Of a stretch of DNA of 64,000 bases, positions 29,395-38,263 are shown piece after piece. Below the pieces are notes generated by a model that saw only the letters and a list, made by a program, of their open reading frames with translations, was not told the origin of the DNA and did no database searches. Every line of letters starts with the position of its first letter. The stretch's first letter is position 1. Made by a program: the position numbers and the translations under genes. This DNA comes from an uncultured Nitrososphaerota archaeon (lineage in GTDB: Archaea; Korarchaeota; Korarchaeia; Korarchaeales; Korarchaeaceae), in assembly GCA_964594835.1 (NCBI GenBank), contig CAZQNA010000005.1:21319-85318 (forward strand), given 5' to 3'.

Positions 29395-29839
29395 GCTGGT
29401 GATTGAGGCCGCCCTCTTCATGGCCGGGAGGCCGCTGTCGGACGAGGAGCTGGCGAGGCTGGCCGGCGTCTCGACTGAGGAGGTCCGCGAACTGATATCC
29501 AGGATCGAGAGGTTCCACCGGGGGAGGTCCATCTCGATAGAGAGGAGGCCCAGCGGCTGGTACATGACCGTCAGGCCTGAGTACCAAGAGGTCGTCGGGA
29601 GGCTGGCCCCGAGGCCGGAGCTCACCAGGGGGGAGCTCAGGACCCTGGCGGTCCTCTTGGAGAGGGGTGGGATGTTCCTGACAGAGCTCGCCCGGATCAG
29701 GGGTTCCTCAGCCTACAGGCACGTGAAGAGGCTGAGGAGGGAGGGGCTGGTCGGCGTGAGGAAGAAGGACGGTAAGACTTACGCCTGGGCGACCAGGCTG
29801 GCCAGGAACTTCTTCGACGTCCCGCCCAGTCATCGATAA
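29375..29839 (+). CDS. scpB: SMC-Scp complex subunit ScpB
   Basis: 'IEAALFMAGRPLS', 'ELT..ELRTLA', 'RIRGSSAYRHVKRL...GLV'. Confidence 0.92.
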   Translation: MTDQDPELVIEAALFMAGRPLSDEELARLAGVSTEEVRELISRIERFHRGRSISIERRPSGWYMTVRPEYQEVVGRLAPRPELTRGELRTLAVLLERGGMFLTELARIRGSSAYRHVKRLRREGLVGVRKKDGKTYAWATRLARNFFDVPPSHR

Positions 29840-29875
29840 AAATAGGCGGCGGTAAAGCTCCTGAGGTGCTCGCCC

Positions 29876-31765
29876 CTGTCGAGTGGCGAGTCGAGCAGGG
29901 AATACGTGGTCAAGGAGCTTCAGAGGAGGGGGATCTCGGGCGAGGTCGCCCAGAACATATTTGAGAACCTTCAGATGGCTGGCATCCTCGACGCCATGGG
30001 GCTACTCCTCCTCATGACCGCGAGGGGGGACGGCATCCTCCAGAGGCTCGAGGACCTGGGCAGCCCGCAGGTCGAGGAGCTGAAGCCCAGGCTCGCGGGC
30101 ATCGTTGAGAAGGTCGACGAGCTGGTAAGGGAGATGGCCTCGGACCCGGACGTCGCCTCGAGGCCCGGCCCCATCTCGCGGGCCCTGGGGAGGGCCTTCG
30201 GCAAGGGAGGGGTCGCCAGGAGGTACTCCCCCAGGATAGAGTCCCTGATGGACTCGCTAGAGGCCGTGCTCTGGGCGATAGAGGAGGAGGCCAGGAAGGT
30301 CCTCTCGAGGAAGCTGGAGAATCTTGAGTTAGACGCAAGGGAGCTCCTCTCGGCCGCAGAGAAGGGGGGGTTCTCGGAGATAGCCTCGAGGCTCAGAGAG
30401 AGCCTCGAGAAGGTGCAGGAACTCCTGAACTCTCCGCTGAAATCCTCTTCCGACCTGGAGGCAGCGCTGATAGAGACCCAGAGGGTCGACTCGGAGGTCA
30501 AGGAGATCAGGGAGGTTCTGGCCAAGTCCAAGGAGACGAGGGCGGCCCTGGCAGCCGAGCTCTCCAGGATCAGGGGTCAGATCGAGTCTATCCACGTCAA
30601 GGCGTCCAGGATAAGGGAGACGGGCATAGACCCCATCTACATAGAGGAGTCCCTGAGGTGGGTCGAGGCCAGGATAGCCAGGATAGAGAACAGGTGCCCT
30701 CCGGAGGACCTGGAGTGCATGGAGACCGCGCTGGTAGACCTCAGGACCCTCGAGCAGAGGGCGCTGAAGCCCCTCCTGGAGGAGATGGAGAAGCTCGAGA
30801 GGCTCAGCTCCCAGTTCGAGAACACGTTCGCCCTGATCCCGGACGCCGAGAGGGCCGCGGAGATGCTGGACAGGGAGTTCAACACGAACGCGTTCACCGC
30901 CCTGATAGGGTCCCTGGCCGTGAGGCTCTCCTCCATCAGGGCGGGCACCGAGGTTAGAGACTCCGAGGACATAGAGAAGATCGCGGAGGAGATTTCCAGG
31001 CTCAGAGAGACCCTGGAGCTCTTGATATTCATAAAGAGGGCTGAGGAGAGGGCAGGACCCATCTCCCAGCAGCTGAGGCTCGTCACGGACGGTGACGCCG
31101 TGCTCGCGACCATCCGGGCCGCCCTCCAGGTCCCCACGATGTCGCCCGAGGAGAAGGCCCGCCAGGCCCTCGCCCCGCTGAAGGAGGTTCGGAGGAAGCT
31201 CTCCGAGTACCTCGAGGCCACCGCCGATGCCGAGAGGTTCTACCCCTACTGGAAGGAGTACGTCCTCACCCACCTCTCCGAGGCCGGGACAGCGAGGATG
31301 GAGGATCTCGTGAAGATCCCGGAGAGGTGGAGGCTCTGGGTGGCCAAGAGGCTGGAGGAGGAGGGCCTTGTTAGGCTCGAGGGTGGGGTCATCAGGCCCA
31401 CCGGGCGGAGGCCGGAGCCCGCCCAGCCTCCAGAGGTCCCGGAGAGGGCGCCACCACCCCCCAAGCCCCCCGTTGAGGAGGAGCCCGTCGCCGGGCCCCC
31501 CAAGCCCGCCCCGCCGCCACCCCAGCCTGCCGCACCTCCCGCCCAGAGGGCGGAGAGACCGGCCCTACAGCCGGCCCCTCGGCCCGTTGAGGTGGCCGAG
31601 ATCGCCAAGGGTCTGTCCGACCTGCTCCACCTCCTCGAGGAGAGGGTGGGCGGGCCCATCAACTCGGGACCCGCGGCCGAGCTGATGAGGCTGATCTCGA
31701 GCGGCGAGGCGGACCCGGAGGAGCTATCCGATCTGCTCAGGAGGGCGGCCAGCAGGATACCATGA
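29876..31765 (+). CDS. Large coiled-coil protein with winged-helix-like segment and Pro-rich tail
   Basis: Heptad-rich E/L/R/K helices; 'WKEYVLTHLSEAG...IPERWRLWVAKRLEEEGLVRLEGG'; Pro-rich at ~31410-31590; start at CTG 29876 or GTG 29906. Confidence 0.8.
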   Translation: MSSGESSREYVVKELQRRGISGEVAQNIFENLQMAGILDAMGLLLLMTARGDGILQRLEDLGSPQVEELKPRLAGIVEKVDELVREMASDPDVASRPGPISRALGRAFGKGGVARRYSPRIESLMDSLEAVLWAIEEEARKVLSRKLENLELDARELLSAAEKGGFSEIASRLRESLEKVQELLNSPLKSSSDLEAALIETQRVDSEVKEIREVLAKSKETRAALAAELSRIRGQIESIHVKASRIRETGIDPIYIEESLRWVEARIARIENRCPPEDLECMETALVDLRTLEQRALKPLLEEMEKLERLSSQFENTFALIPDAERAAEMLDREFNTNAFTALIGSLAVRLSSIRAGTEVRDSEDIEKIAEEISRLRETLELLIFIKRAEERAGPISQQLRLVTDGDAVLATIRAALQVPTMSPEEKARQALAPLKEVRRKLSEYLEATADAERFYPYWKEYVLTHLSEAGTARMEDLVKIPERWRLWVAKRLEEEGLVRLEGGVIRPTGRRPEPAQPPEVPERAPPPPKPPVEEEPVAGPPKPAPPPPQPAAPPAQRAERPALQPAPRPVEVAEIAKGLSDLLHLLEERVGGPINSGPAAELMRLISSGEADPEELSDLLRRAASRIP

Positions 31766-31825
31766 GCGAGTGCCGGGGATCGTTAATATTATTCCCCCCG
31801 CCGGCCGAGCGGAAGAGGTGGCCCA

Positions 31826-33022
31826 ATGCGCTGGTTCGGGATAGGACTCGGCGGTGCGGGAGGGGCCATAATCGACAGGACCTACGACACGTTCGCTGGG
31901 GAGGCCCCCTCGGCGATGGTGGACGCCGTCGTCTTCAACACCTCCGTCTCCGACCAGGCGAAGCTCCAGGTCCTGAGGGACAGGTTCTACCTCTTTGGGA
32001 GGTTCGGGGGCGCGGGGGTGGGCGCGCGGTGGAAGGACTCCATGATGGCCATGCTGGAGCCTGAGAGCAGGGAGCTGTTCGTCCGCGCGGTCACCGAGAG
32101 GGGGATCACGGACTCGACCGCCGTGGTGCTCTCCGCGGCCCTGGGCGGGGGCACCGGGAGCGGGTCCATGCCGGTCGTGGCCGACTACGTCAGGGAGATC
32201 CTGGGCAGCGAGGGCCCCCCGACTCAGCCGGTGGTGTCCGTGGGTGTGCTCCCCTTCAAGTTCCCCAAGGAGAGCATGAGGTTCGCCTACAACTCCGTGA
32301 TAGCGATGGCGAACATGCTGGGGAGGGTCGACTCACTGATACTCCTGGACAACGAGGTGGCCAGGGAGATCGTGCTGAGGGACGAGCCTGGACTGAGCGA
32401 CGAGCAGGTGCTCGACAGGATAAACTCGCTCGTGGGTCGGTGCATGATCGCCATGTCCGCCGCCGACGTGGAGCCCCTCAGGGGGGGCTACAAGACCACG
32501 TTCGACTCCCAGGACCTCAAGTCGATACTCAGGTTCTTCGAGGCCTCCCTCACGGTCCCGTGCTACATGAAGGCCAGGGTAGAGTCGGTGGGGGGTAGCC
32601 TGGAGTTCCTGACGGAGGCCGCTCTCAGGGAGGGCTGCCTGGCGGAGGTCAGGCCGAAGACGGCCCTCAAGGCGGCCCTGGTCGTCAGGGGGCCGGAGGA
32701 GTACCTCAACGTCGACGCGGTTTTCGAGGCCAAGAGGCTCCTGAGCGAGAAGATAGCCGGCGTGGACGTTAGAGAGGGGCTGGCGGTCGCCCCAGGGTCT
32801 AGACACTTTGAGATAGCCATCCTCCTTGTGGAGCCCGAGCTGGTCAGGCTCCCGTCCCTCCTCAAGGAGGCGAGGCTGTACTACGAGGTCCACGAGGAGG
32901 AACTCACCAAGATGGAGGACACGCCTAGGGAGGAGTTCGAGTCCTACGTTCAGGCCGTGGAGAGGCACCTACTGACCGCGGCGGAGGCGAGGGAGGAGGC
33001 GGGCGCCGCCCCCTCGGCTTAA
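31826..33022 (+). CDS. Tubulin/FtsZ-superfamily GTPase (non-canonical, CetZ/TubZ-like)
   Basis: T1 'GIGLGGAGG', 'FNTSVSD', 'GAGVGA', signature GGGTGSG, 'LLDNE', T7-like 'FDSQD'. Confidence 0.9.
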   Translation: MRWFGIGLGGAGGAIIDRTYDTFAGEAPSAMVDAVVFNTSVSDQAKLQVLRDRFYLFGRFGGAGVGARWKDSMMAMLEPESRELFVRAVTERGITDSTAVVLSAALGGGTGSGSMPVVADYVREILGSEGPPTQPVVSVGVLPFKFPKESMRFAYNSVIAMANMLGRVDSLILLDNEVAREIVLRDEPGLSDEQVLDRINSLVGRCMIAMSAADVEPLRGGYKTTFDSQDLKSILRFFEASLTVPCYMKARVESVGGSLEFLTEAALREGCLAEVRPKTALKAALVVRGPEEYLNVDAVFEAKRLLSEKIAGVDVREGLAVAPGSRHFEIAILLVEPELVRLPSLLKEARLYYEVHEEELTKMEDTPREEFESYVQAVERHLLTAAEAREEAGAAPSA

Positions 33023-33063
33023 CAATTTTTAACGGAATGCGCGGCCGGCCGCGCGGGATAACC

Positions 33064-34515
33064 GTGGGGCGCCTGGACCCCTTCTTCTACCCGGATTCGG
33101 TGGCCGTGATAGGCGCATCTCGCGAGCCGGGCTCGGTGGGACACGAGCTCCTCAGGGTGATGGTGGAGAACCAGAAGAGCGGCCTCTACAGGGGGAGACT
33201 CTACGCCGTGAACCCGAAGGCGAAGGAGCCCATCCTCGGAGTGCCGACCTACCCGAGCGTCTCTGACCTGCCGGAGCCGGTCGACCTGGGCGTGATAGTG
33301 GTCCCCGCCAGGGTAGTGCCGGCCGTTGTGGACGAGTGCGGGAGGAAGGGGATCAAACACGTGATAGTGATATCCGGGGGGTTCGCCGAGGTCGGCGGAG
33401 AGGGAGTCGAGCTCCAGGAGAAGCTCGTGGAGGTCGCCAGGAGGCACGGGATCCGGATAGTCGGCCCCAACTGCGTCGGGGTCGTGTGCCCCGAGACCGG
33501 CGTGGACACGATGTTCCTCCCCTACAAGAAGGAGCTGGGAGGCAGGGGTCTGCTCTCCCTCCCGAGGCCCGGCCCAGGGAACATATCCCTTCTCACTCAG
33601 TCCGGCGCGTTTGGCGTGGCCTGCGTGGACTACATGGCGGGCGAGGGCCTGGGGCTGGCGAAGTTCGTCAGCTACGGCAACAAGGCGGACATAGACGAGG
33701 TGGAGCTCATGGAGTACCTGGCAGACGACCCCAAGACCAGGGTGATCGTGATATACGCCGAGTCGATCGAGGAGGGGAGGAGGTTCATCGAGGCCGCCAG
33801 GAGGACCGTCCCGAAGAAGCCCGTCGTGGTCCTCAAGGCCGGCAGAACTCGGGCGGGCGCCAGGGCGGCCAGCTCCCACACGGCCGCGCTGGCCGGGGCC
33901 GACGAGGTGTACTCGGCCGCCTTCAGGCAGGCCGGCGTCGTGAGGGTCTACGAGGTCGAGGAGCTCTTCGACGTGACGAAGGCCCTCTCCATGCAGCCCC
34001 CTGCCAGGGGGCCCAGGATAGCGGTCCTCACGGATGGAGGAGGGGCCGGGGTCATGACGGCCGACGAGCTCGAGAGCAAGGGGGCCGTGGTGGTTCAGCT
34101 CTCAGAGGAGACGCAGTCCAGGCTCAGGGAGCTGATGGACAGGGGCGTGATCCCCCCCATCTCCGCCGTCGCCAACCCTGTGGACGTCACGGGCAGCGCG
34201 ACAGACGACGCCTTCGTCGAGTCCCTCAGGATCCTCCTGGACGCACCCGAGGTCGATGGGGTGATAGTGCTCCCCCTCCACCACGTGCCGGGGCTGACCT
34301 CTGACCTCCCGGAGAGGATCGCCGCCGAGGCCAGGGGCAGGGGGGACAAGCCGGTCCTGGTGGTGGACATCGGGCAGGGGGAGTACGGGATCGCCTACAG
34401 GGAGAGGTTCGACGAGCTGGGCATCCCGGCCTACCCCACCCCCGAGAGGGCCGCGAGGGCGATGGTGGGCCTCATCAAGTACGGAGAGGCCCTGAAGAGG
34501 ATGGGCGCCCTCTGA
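33064..34515 (+). CDS. acdA: Acetate--CoA ligase (ADP-forming) alpha subunit
   Basis: 'LDPFFYPDSVAVIGAS', 'GPNCVG', 'QSGAFG', 'SYGNKAD', phospho-His 'AASSHTAALAG', 'NPVDVTG'. Confidence 0.92.
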   Translation: MGRLDPFFYPDSVAVIGASREPGSVGHELLRVMVENQKSGLYRGRLYAVNPKAKEPILGVPTYPSVSDLPEPVDLGVIVVPARVVPAVVDECGRKGIKHVIVISGGFAEVGGEGVELQEKLVEVARRHGIRIVGPNCVGVVCPETGVDTMFLPYKKELGGRGLLSLPRPGPGNISLLTQSGAFGVACVDYMAGEGLGLAKFVSYGNKADIDEVELMEYLADDPKTRVIVIYAESIEEGRRFIEAARRTVPKKPVVVLKAGRTRAGARAASSHTAALAGADEVYSAAFRQAGVVRVYEVEELFDVTKALSMQPPARGPRIAVLTDGGGAGVMTADELESKGAVVVQLSEETQSRLRELMDRGVIPPISAVANPVDVTGSATDDAFVESLRILLDAPEVDGVIVLPLHHVPGLTSDLPERIAAEARGRGDKPVLVVDIGQGEYGIAYRERFDELGIPAYPTPERAARAMVGLIKYGEALKRMGAL

Positions 34516-34523
34516 GAGCCCTC

Positions 34524-34832
34524 TTACTCCTCTCCTTCACCTCTGTCTGGCTCTCTCGCCTCCTCGAGCCTGACGGGCCGCACTTGCTCCTCTCTCCTCC
34601 CCGGGCGGAGCGCGAAGTACAGGCCGGCCGCAAGCTTGACTAGGCCAGCCAGGGTGCCCACTATCAGGCCGACTATGATGGACAGGGCGATCAGGGCGAG
34701 AATGAGGGCGGCTAGAAGGGGAAGGTACCTCAGCAGGGTCAGAAAGATCAGCACGGATAGGAGCAGCACGAGGACCGCGATCCCCGATATGATGAGGGCG
34801 TCTCTGGCCTCCACCCCCGAGACACCTTCCAT
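34524..34832 (-). CDS. Hypothetical membrane protein
   Basis: Long hydrophobic hairpin and charged tail; co-oriented with neighbours. Confidence 0.7.
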   Translation of the reverse strand: MEGVSGVEARDALIISGIAVLVLLLSVLIFLTLLRYLPLLAALILALIALSIIVGLIVGTLAGLVKLAAGLYFALRPGRREEQVRPVRLEEAREPDRGEGEE

Positions 34833-34846
34833 CGTGGTGGCCGGGG

Positions 34847-35557
34847 TCAGTCCCCCCCGAGGGCTATCTGGAACCCACCCCCTCCCCTGGAGATGTACTT
34901 GCCCAGCTCGGCCGCCAGGGCCTGGATGTTCATGGACTGAAGTATCACCTTACCCGGACCCCTCAGCGTCGCCAGGAACAGGCCCTCCCCCGCGAACAGG
35001 ATCGACCTTATGCCGCCGACCCTCTCGATGTCGTAGTCCACGCTGGCGTCGAAGGCCACCAGCTGCCCGGTGTCGACCTTGAGCACCTGGCCCGGCTTGA
35101 GGTCGTACTCCAGGAAGTCCCCCGCCGCGTGCACGAAGACCGTGCCGACCCCGCTGACCTTCTCCATGATGAGGCCCTCTCCGCCGAAGAGCGCCGCCCC
35201 GAGCCGCCTCGCGATTCCCGGCTGAACGGTGACGCCGTCCGTGGCGGCCAGGAACCCGCCCCTCTGGACGTAGTACTCTGTGGTCCCGTCCAGCTTCAGG
35301 GCCGTTATCTTGCCCGGCACCGTGCCGGAGAAGGCGACCACTCCAGGACCTCCCTCCGCCGTGAACTCAGTGAGGAAGAAGCTCTCCCCAGCTATCTTCC
35401 TCATTATCCCCTTGATGAAGCCTCCCCTGACCGTGGCCCTCAGCCGAACGTTCCCGGACATGTGGTTCAGGGCGCCCGCCTCGGCGTAGATCGTCTCGCC
35501 GGGCTCCAGCTCCACCAGAACCATCTGGAGGTTATCCCCAACTATCTTGTACCTCAT
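34847..35557 (-). CDS. AIM24/TIGR00266-family protein
   Basis: 'MRYKIVG..LQ.V.VEL.PGE..YAEAGA', 'GESFF', 'FGGEGL', 'FAGEGLF..TL.GPG.V.LQS'. Confidence 0.9.
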   Translation of the reverse strand: MRYKIVGDNLQMVLVELEPGETIYAEAGALNHMSGNVRLRATVRGGFIKGIMRKIAGESFFLTEFTAEGGPGVVAFSGTVPGKITALKLDGTTEYYVQRGGFLAATDGVTVQPGIARRLGAALFGGEGLIMEKVSGVGTVFVHAAGDFLEYDLKPGQVLKVDTGQLVAFDASVDYDIERVGGIRSILFAGEGLFLATLRGPGKVILQSMNIQALAAELGKYISRGGGGFQIALGGD

Positions 35558-35614
35558 GGCACCACCTTATAGCACGTCCCGGCGATCCGTTTTATCCTCT
35601 GCCCCTTCGTCGGA

Positions 35615-35944
35615 TCACTCGAGCTCTATCTTGTCCTCCTCGATCCCCCACTCGTTCACGAGTATGTCCTTCACCTTCCTCCTGTGATCACCCTGGAGGA
35701 GTATGTACCCCTCCTTGTAGGTCCCGCCGCAGGCGAGCTTGCTCTTGAGGTCCTTCAGAAGACGCTTCATCATGTCCTTCGGCAGGTCGAGCCCCTCGAT
35801 TATGGTGACGAACTTGTGCCTCCTGCGCTCCGCCTTGATCCTGACGATCTGCTGCTCCTTCTCGATCTCCTCCCAGGCAAGAAGGTCGATCGGGAGTCCG
35901 GTGATAGGGTCTCTGAGCCTCTCCCCCTCGATACTCTCTTCCAT
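35615..35944 (-). CDS. sui1: Translation initiation factor SUI1 (aIF1)
   Basis: 'ITGLP..L', 'ERRR..K.VTIIEG', 'LKSKLACGGT.K', 'LQGDHR'. Confidence 0.93.
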   Translation of the reverse strand: MEESIEGERLRDPITGLPIDLLAWEEIEKEQQIVRIKAERRRHKFVTIIEGLDLPKDMMKRLLKDLKSKLACGGTYKEGYILLQGDHRRKVKDILVNEWGIEEDKIELE

Positions 35945-36058
35945 GACCACTTTCTGGCTGTGCCCACCCGGGCAGAGAATAATAAGCTTGACTCACGGAC
36001 CGACCGCTTGAGCTTTCTCTCCCGCCCCTCGACCCTCGTCCGAGCGCCTGGCGGGCGC

Positions 36059-36781
36059 TCACCTCCCTCCCGCGCGCCGAATCTCCCTCAGGATGGGCAT
36101 CTCCCTGAGGGCCTCATCGGGAAGGAGACCCCACCTCACTCTGAGCGGCTTCGGCCTCCTGGGCGCCCGTATCACCCTGGTCGGGGTGACGATGACGTCC
36201 ACGGGCACGTCGTGGTCCGACGCGGGCACGCGGTCCACGACCTGCAGGTCGTGGACCGTCGTCACCACGGGGGTGTCCTCGCCCACGGCCCCGACCTCAC
36301 CAAGCACGGCGAACTCCAGGTCCGAGTAGCCGTGGCCCTTCCCCAGCCTCCAGCCCTCTGGGCTGACGGCCACAGATCCCACGACCTTCAGGTCGACTCG
36401 GATCTCCCAGGGGCTGACGGGCCTCCCGAACCTGAAGGCGCCCCGTATCGTGGCCGCCCTCCTGACCTCCGCGGGCGGTATCCTCCGAGGGTCGAGGAGG
36501 AGGAGCCCCCTCCTGAGCCTGGGGGTGGCCATTATCACGACCTTGCCGTCGGAGAGGGCCATTCGGCGCACCGGGGCCTGAGGAGAGTCTGGATTGCAGA
36601 ACACCACCTCGGCGCGCCGGTACTCGGGGAGGCGCCTGAGATTCTCCGCGGCCCTCTCGGCACCCCTGAAGTTCGGGATCCTCCCCCTGATCGGCCTCGG
36701 GAACCTGGCGACCTCCCTCTCCTCGAGCGTCCTCCACACCCACTCTCTCAGGGCGGCCTTCTCCTCCCGCGCCTCGCTCAG
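36059..36781 (-). CDS. 5-formyltetrahydrofolate cyclo-ligase family (MTHFSD-like)
   Basis: 'GRIPNFRGA', 'NPDSPQ', 'TPRLRRG', 'GSVAV..G.RLGKG.GY.DLE', 'HDVPVD.IVTP'; start at CTG 36781 or GTG 36835. Confidence 0.9.
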   Translation of the reverse strand: MSEAREEKAALREWVWRTLEEREVARFPRPIRGRIPNFRGAERAAENLRRLPEYRRAEVVFCNPDSPQAPVRRMALSDGKVVIMATPRLRRGLLLLDPRRIPPAEVRRAATIRGAFRFGRPVSPWEIRVDLKVVGSVAVSPEGWRLGKGHGYSDLEFAVLGEVGAVGEDTPVVTTVHDLQVVDRVPASDHDVPVDVIVTPTRVIRAPRRPKPLRVRWGLLPDEALREMPILREIRRAGGR

Positions 36782-37359
36782 TCGAACCAGCCCCCCGAGG
36801 GGACGTCGAATTCCCTCAGCTCTTCCGCGAGCCACCCGAACCCCTCGCGGAGTATCGACCGGAGCCAGTCCACGCCCTTTGAGAGCTCGTCGGCCTCCCT
36901 CATGCAGGCCGCTCCGATCTCCCCGGCCCTGCGATACCCGAGGGAGGCGTACCTGGCCCCCTGAGCCGCCGTGGCGAGCAGATCGGCGACCCTGGCGACG
37001 AGCGCCTCTAGACCCTCTCCCGACTCGAACTCGCCTAGCATGTCGGCGACCTCACCCGGGACGCCGAGGAGAGAGGCGGCCTCCCCCTCCATCCGCGAGC
37101 ACCTGCCCTTCGTCCAGGGGGGCAGGTCGCCGGTCACGGCCTCCCCGAGGTCGTGCACGACCGCGATGGCGGCCGCCCTCTCGGGGCTGACCCGAACCCC
37201 GAGGGCGCGGGCCTCGGCCGCGATGGCGAGCGCGATGACGGAGGCCTCAAACGAGTGGGCAGCCACGGTCTCTCCCATCGCGTGAGGAACGGCAGACTGG
37301 GACCACCCGGTCCTGACCAGCGACTTCAGGGCTCCGACCGCCTCCAGTAGCCTCCTCAT
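36778..37359 (-). CDS. HD-domain hydrolase (YfbR/HDDC2-like)
   Basis: 'LKSLVRTGW', 'ETVAAHS', 'HDLGEAVTGD', 'ADLL'. Confidence 0.88.
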   Translation of the reverse strand: MRRLLEAVGALKSLVRTGWSQSAVPHAMGETVAAHSFEASVIALAIAAEARALGVRVSPERAAAIAVVHDLGEAVTGDLPPWTKGRCSRMEGEAASLLGVPGEVADMLGEFESGEGLEALVARVADLLATAAQGARYASLGYRRAGEIGAACMREADELSKGVDWLRSILREGFGWLAEELREFDVPSGGWFD

Positions 37360-37412
37360 CCCGACCCACCGCCGCCCCTGAAATTTAAACGGAGATCGGG
37401 CGCGGCGGGCGA

Positions 37413-37988
37413 GTGCGGAGTCCGTCGCGGCCCGTCCACATCACCCTCCACCCGCTCGTCGATCCGATTACGAGGCTGGCTCCGCCCTCCTGGCTGGTGG
37501 ATTTCCTGGCCAGGAACATCCCGAGGGCCCTTGATTTCACCGAGGTCTCTGTGGGAACGTCTCTAGTAGCTCCAGAGTCGGCCTACGATGGCCACAGACG
37601 TCAGTACGTGTCCAGCCGCGTGCTCGACTTCCTGAGGAGGAGGGCGAGGGTCGGGGAGCCCTACGGAAAGGCGCTGGGGATCATGCCATCGGACGCCTAC
37701 GATGGATCCCTGAACTTCGTCTTCGGTCAGGCCGAGCTGGGCGGAACCTACGCCGTGATCTACCTGGGTCGCCTGTCCTCAGGGGCCGACTCCAGGCTAC
37801 TCGCCATCAGGTCCCTGAAGGAGGCGGTACACGAGCTGGGACACACCGTTGGGCTCCCCCACTGCGACGATCCGACGTGCGTCATGAGCTTCAGCAACTC
37901 GCTCTCGGACGTGGACAGGAAGGGCTGGAGGCTCTGCCCGAGGTGCTTGAGGGCCGCGTCCGAGTGGGCGTCCGCGATCAGGGGGTGA
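37413..37988 (+). CDS. amzA: Archaemetzincin Zn metalloprotease
   Basis: 'LNFVFGQA', HELGHTVGLPHC, 'CVMSFSNS..DVD.K...LC..C'. Confidence 0.92.
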   Translation: MRSPSRPVHITLHPLVDPITRLAPPSWLVDFLARNIPRALDFTEVSVGTSLVAPESAYDGHRRQYVSSRVLDFLRRRARVGEPYGKALGIMPSDAYDGSLNFVFGQAELGGTYAVIYLGRLSSGADSRLLAIRSLKEAVHELGHTVGLPHCDDPTCVMSFSNSLSDVDRKGWRLCPRCLRAASEWASAIRG

Positions 37989-38263
37989 GGGAGGTGGGGA
38001 GCCTGAGGGAGGCTGTGGAGCGTCTCTCCGGAGACTACTCCCTCCCGCTCACCGAGGCCGTCAGGAGGGTCCTGTCGGCCCTCTCCCGCGGGGACTCCCG
38101 GCTGGAGGTGGTCATCGAGGCTCCGGGCCTGAGGGTCAGGCTGAGGCCCGCTGGGAGCAGGAGGGTCGGGTCGATAGAGATCCCCAGGACGGTAGTAGAG
38201 GCCGAGGGCGACCTGGGGGACCTGGAGGTCGTCAGGAGGTCCCTGATGCTCGGCGGCGGCTGA
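37985..38263 (+). CDS. Small hypothetical protein
   Basis: GTGA start/stop overlap with amzA; typical codon use. Confidence 0.55.
   Translation: MREVGSLREAVERLSGDYSLPLTEAVRRVLSALSRGDSRLEVVIEAPGLRVRLRPAGSRRVGSIEIPRTVVEAEGDLGDLEVVRRSLMLGGG

Noticed and set aside
31762-32064. 100-aa ORF overlapping the coiled-coil gene stop
   Set aside because: Out-of-frame overlap with the tubulin gene; low-complexity shadow translation
26493-33022. Wadjet/MksBEFG anti-plasmid system
   Set aside because: SMC has a canonical-type hinge and the order is smc-scpA-scpB; no Toprim nuclease (JetD/MksG) motif seen in neighbours
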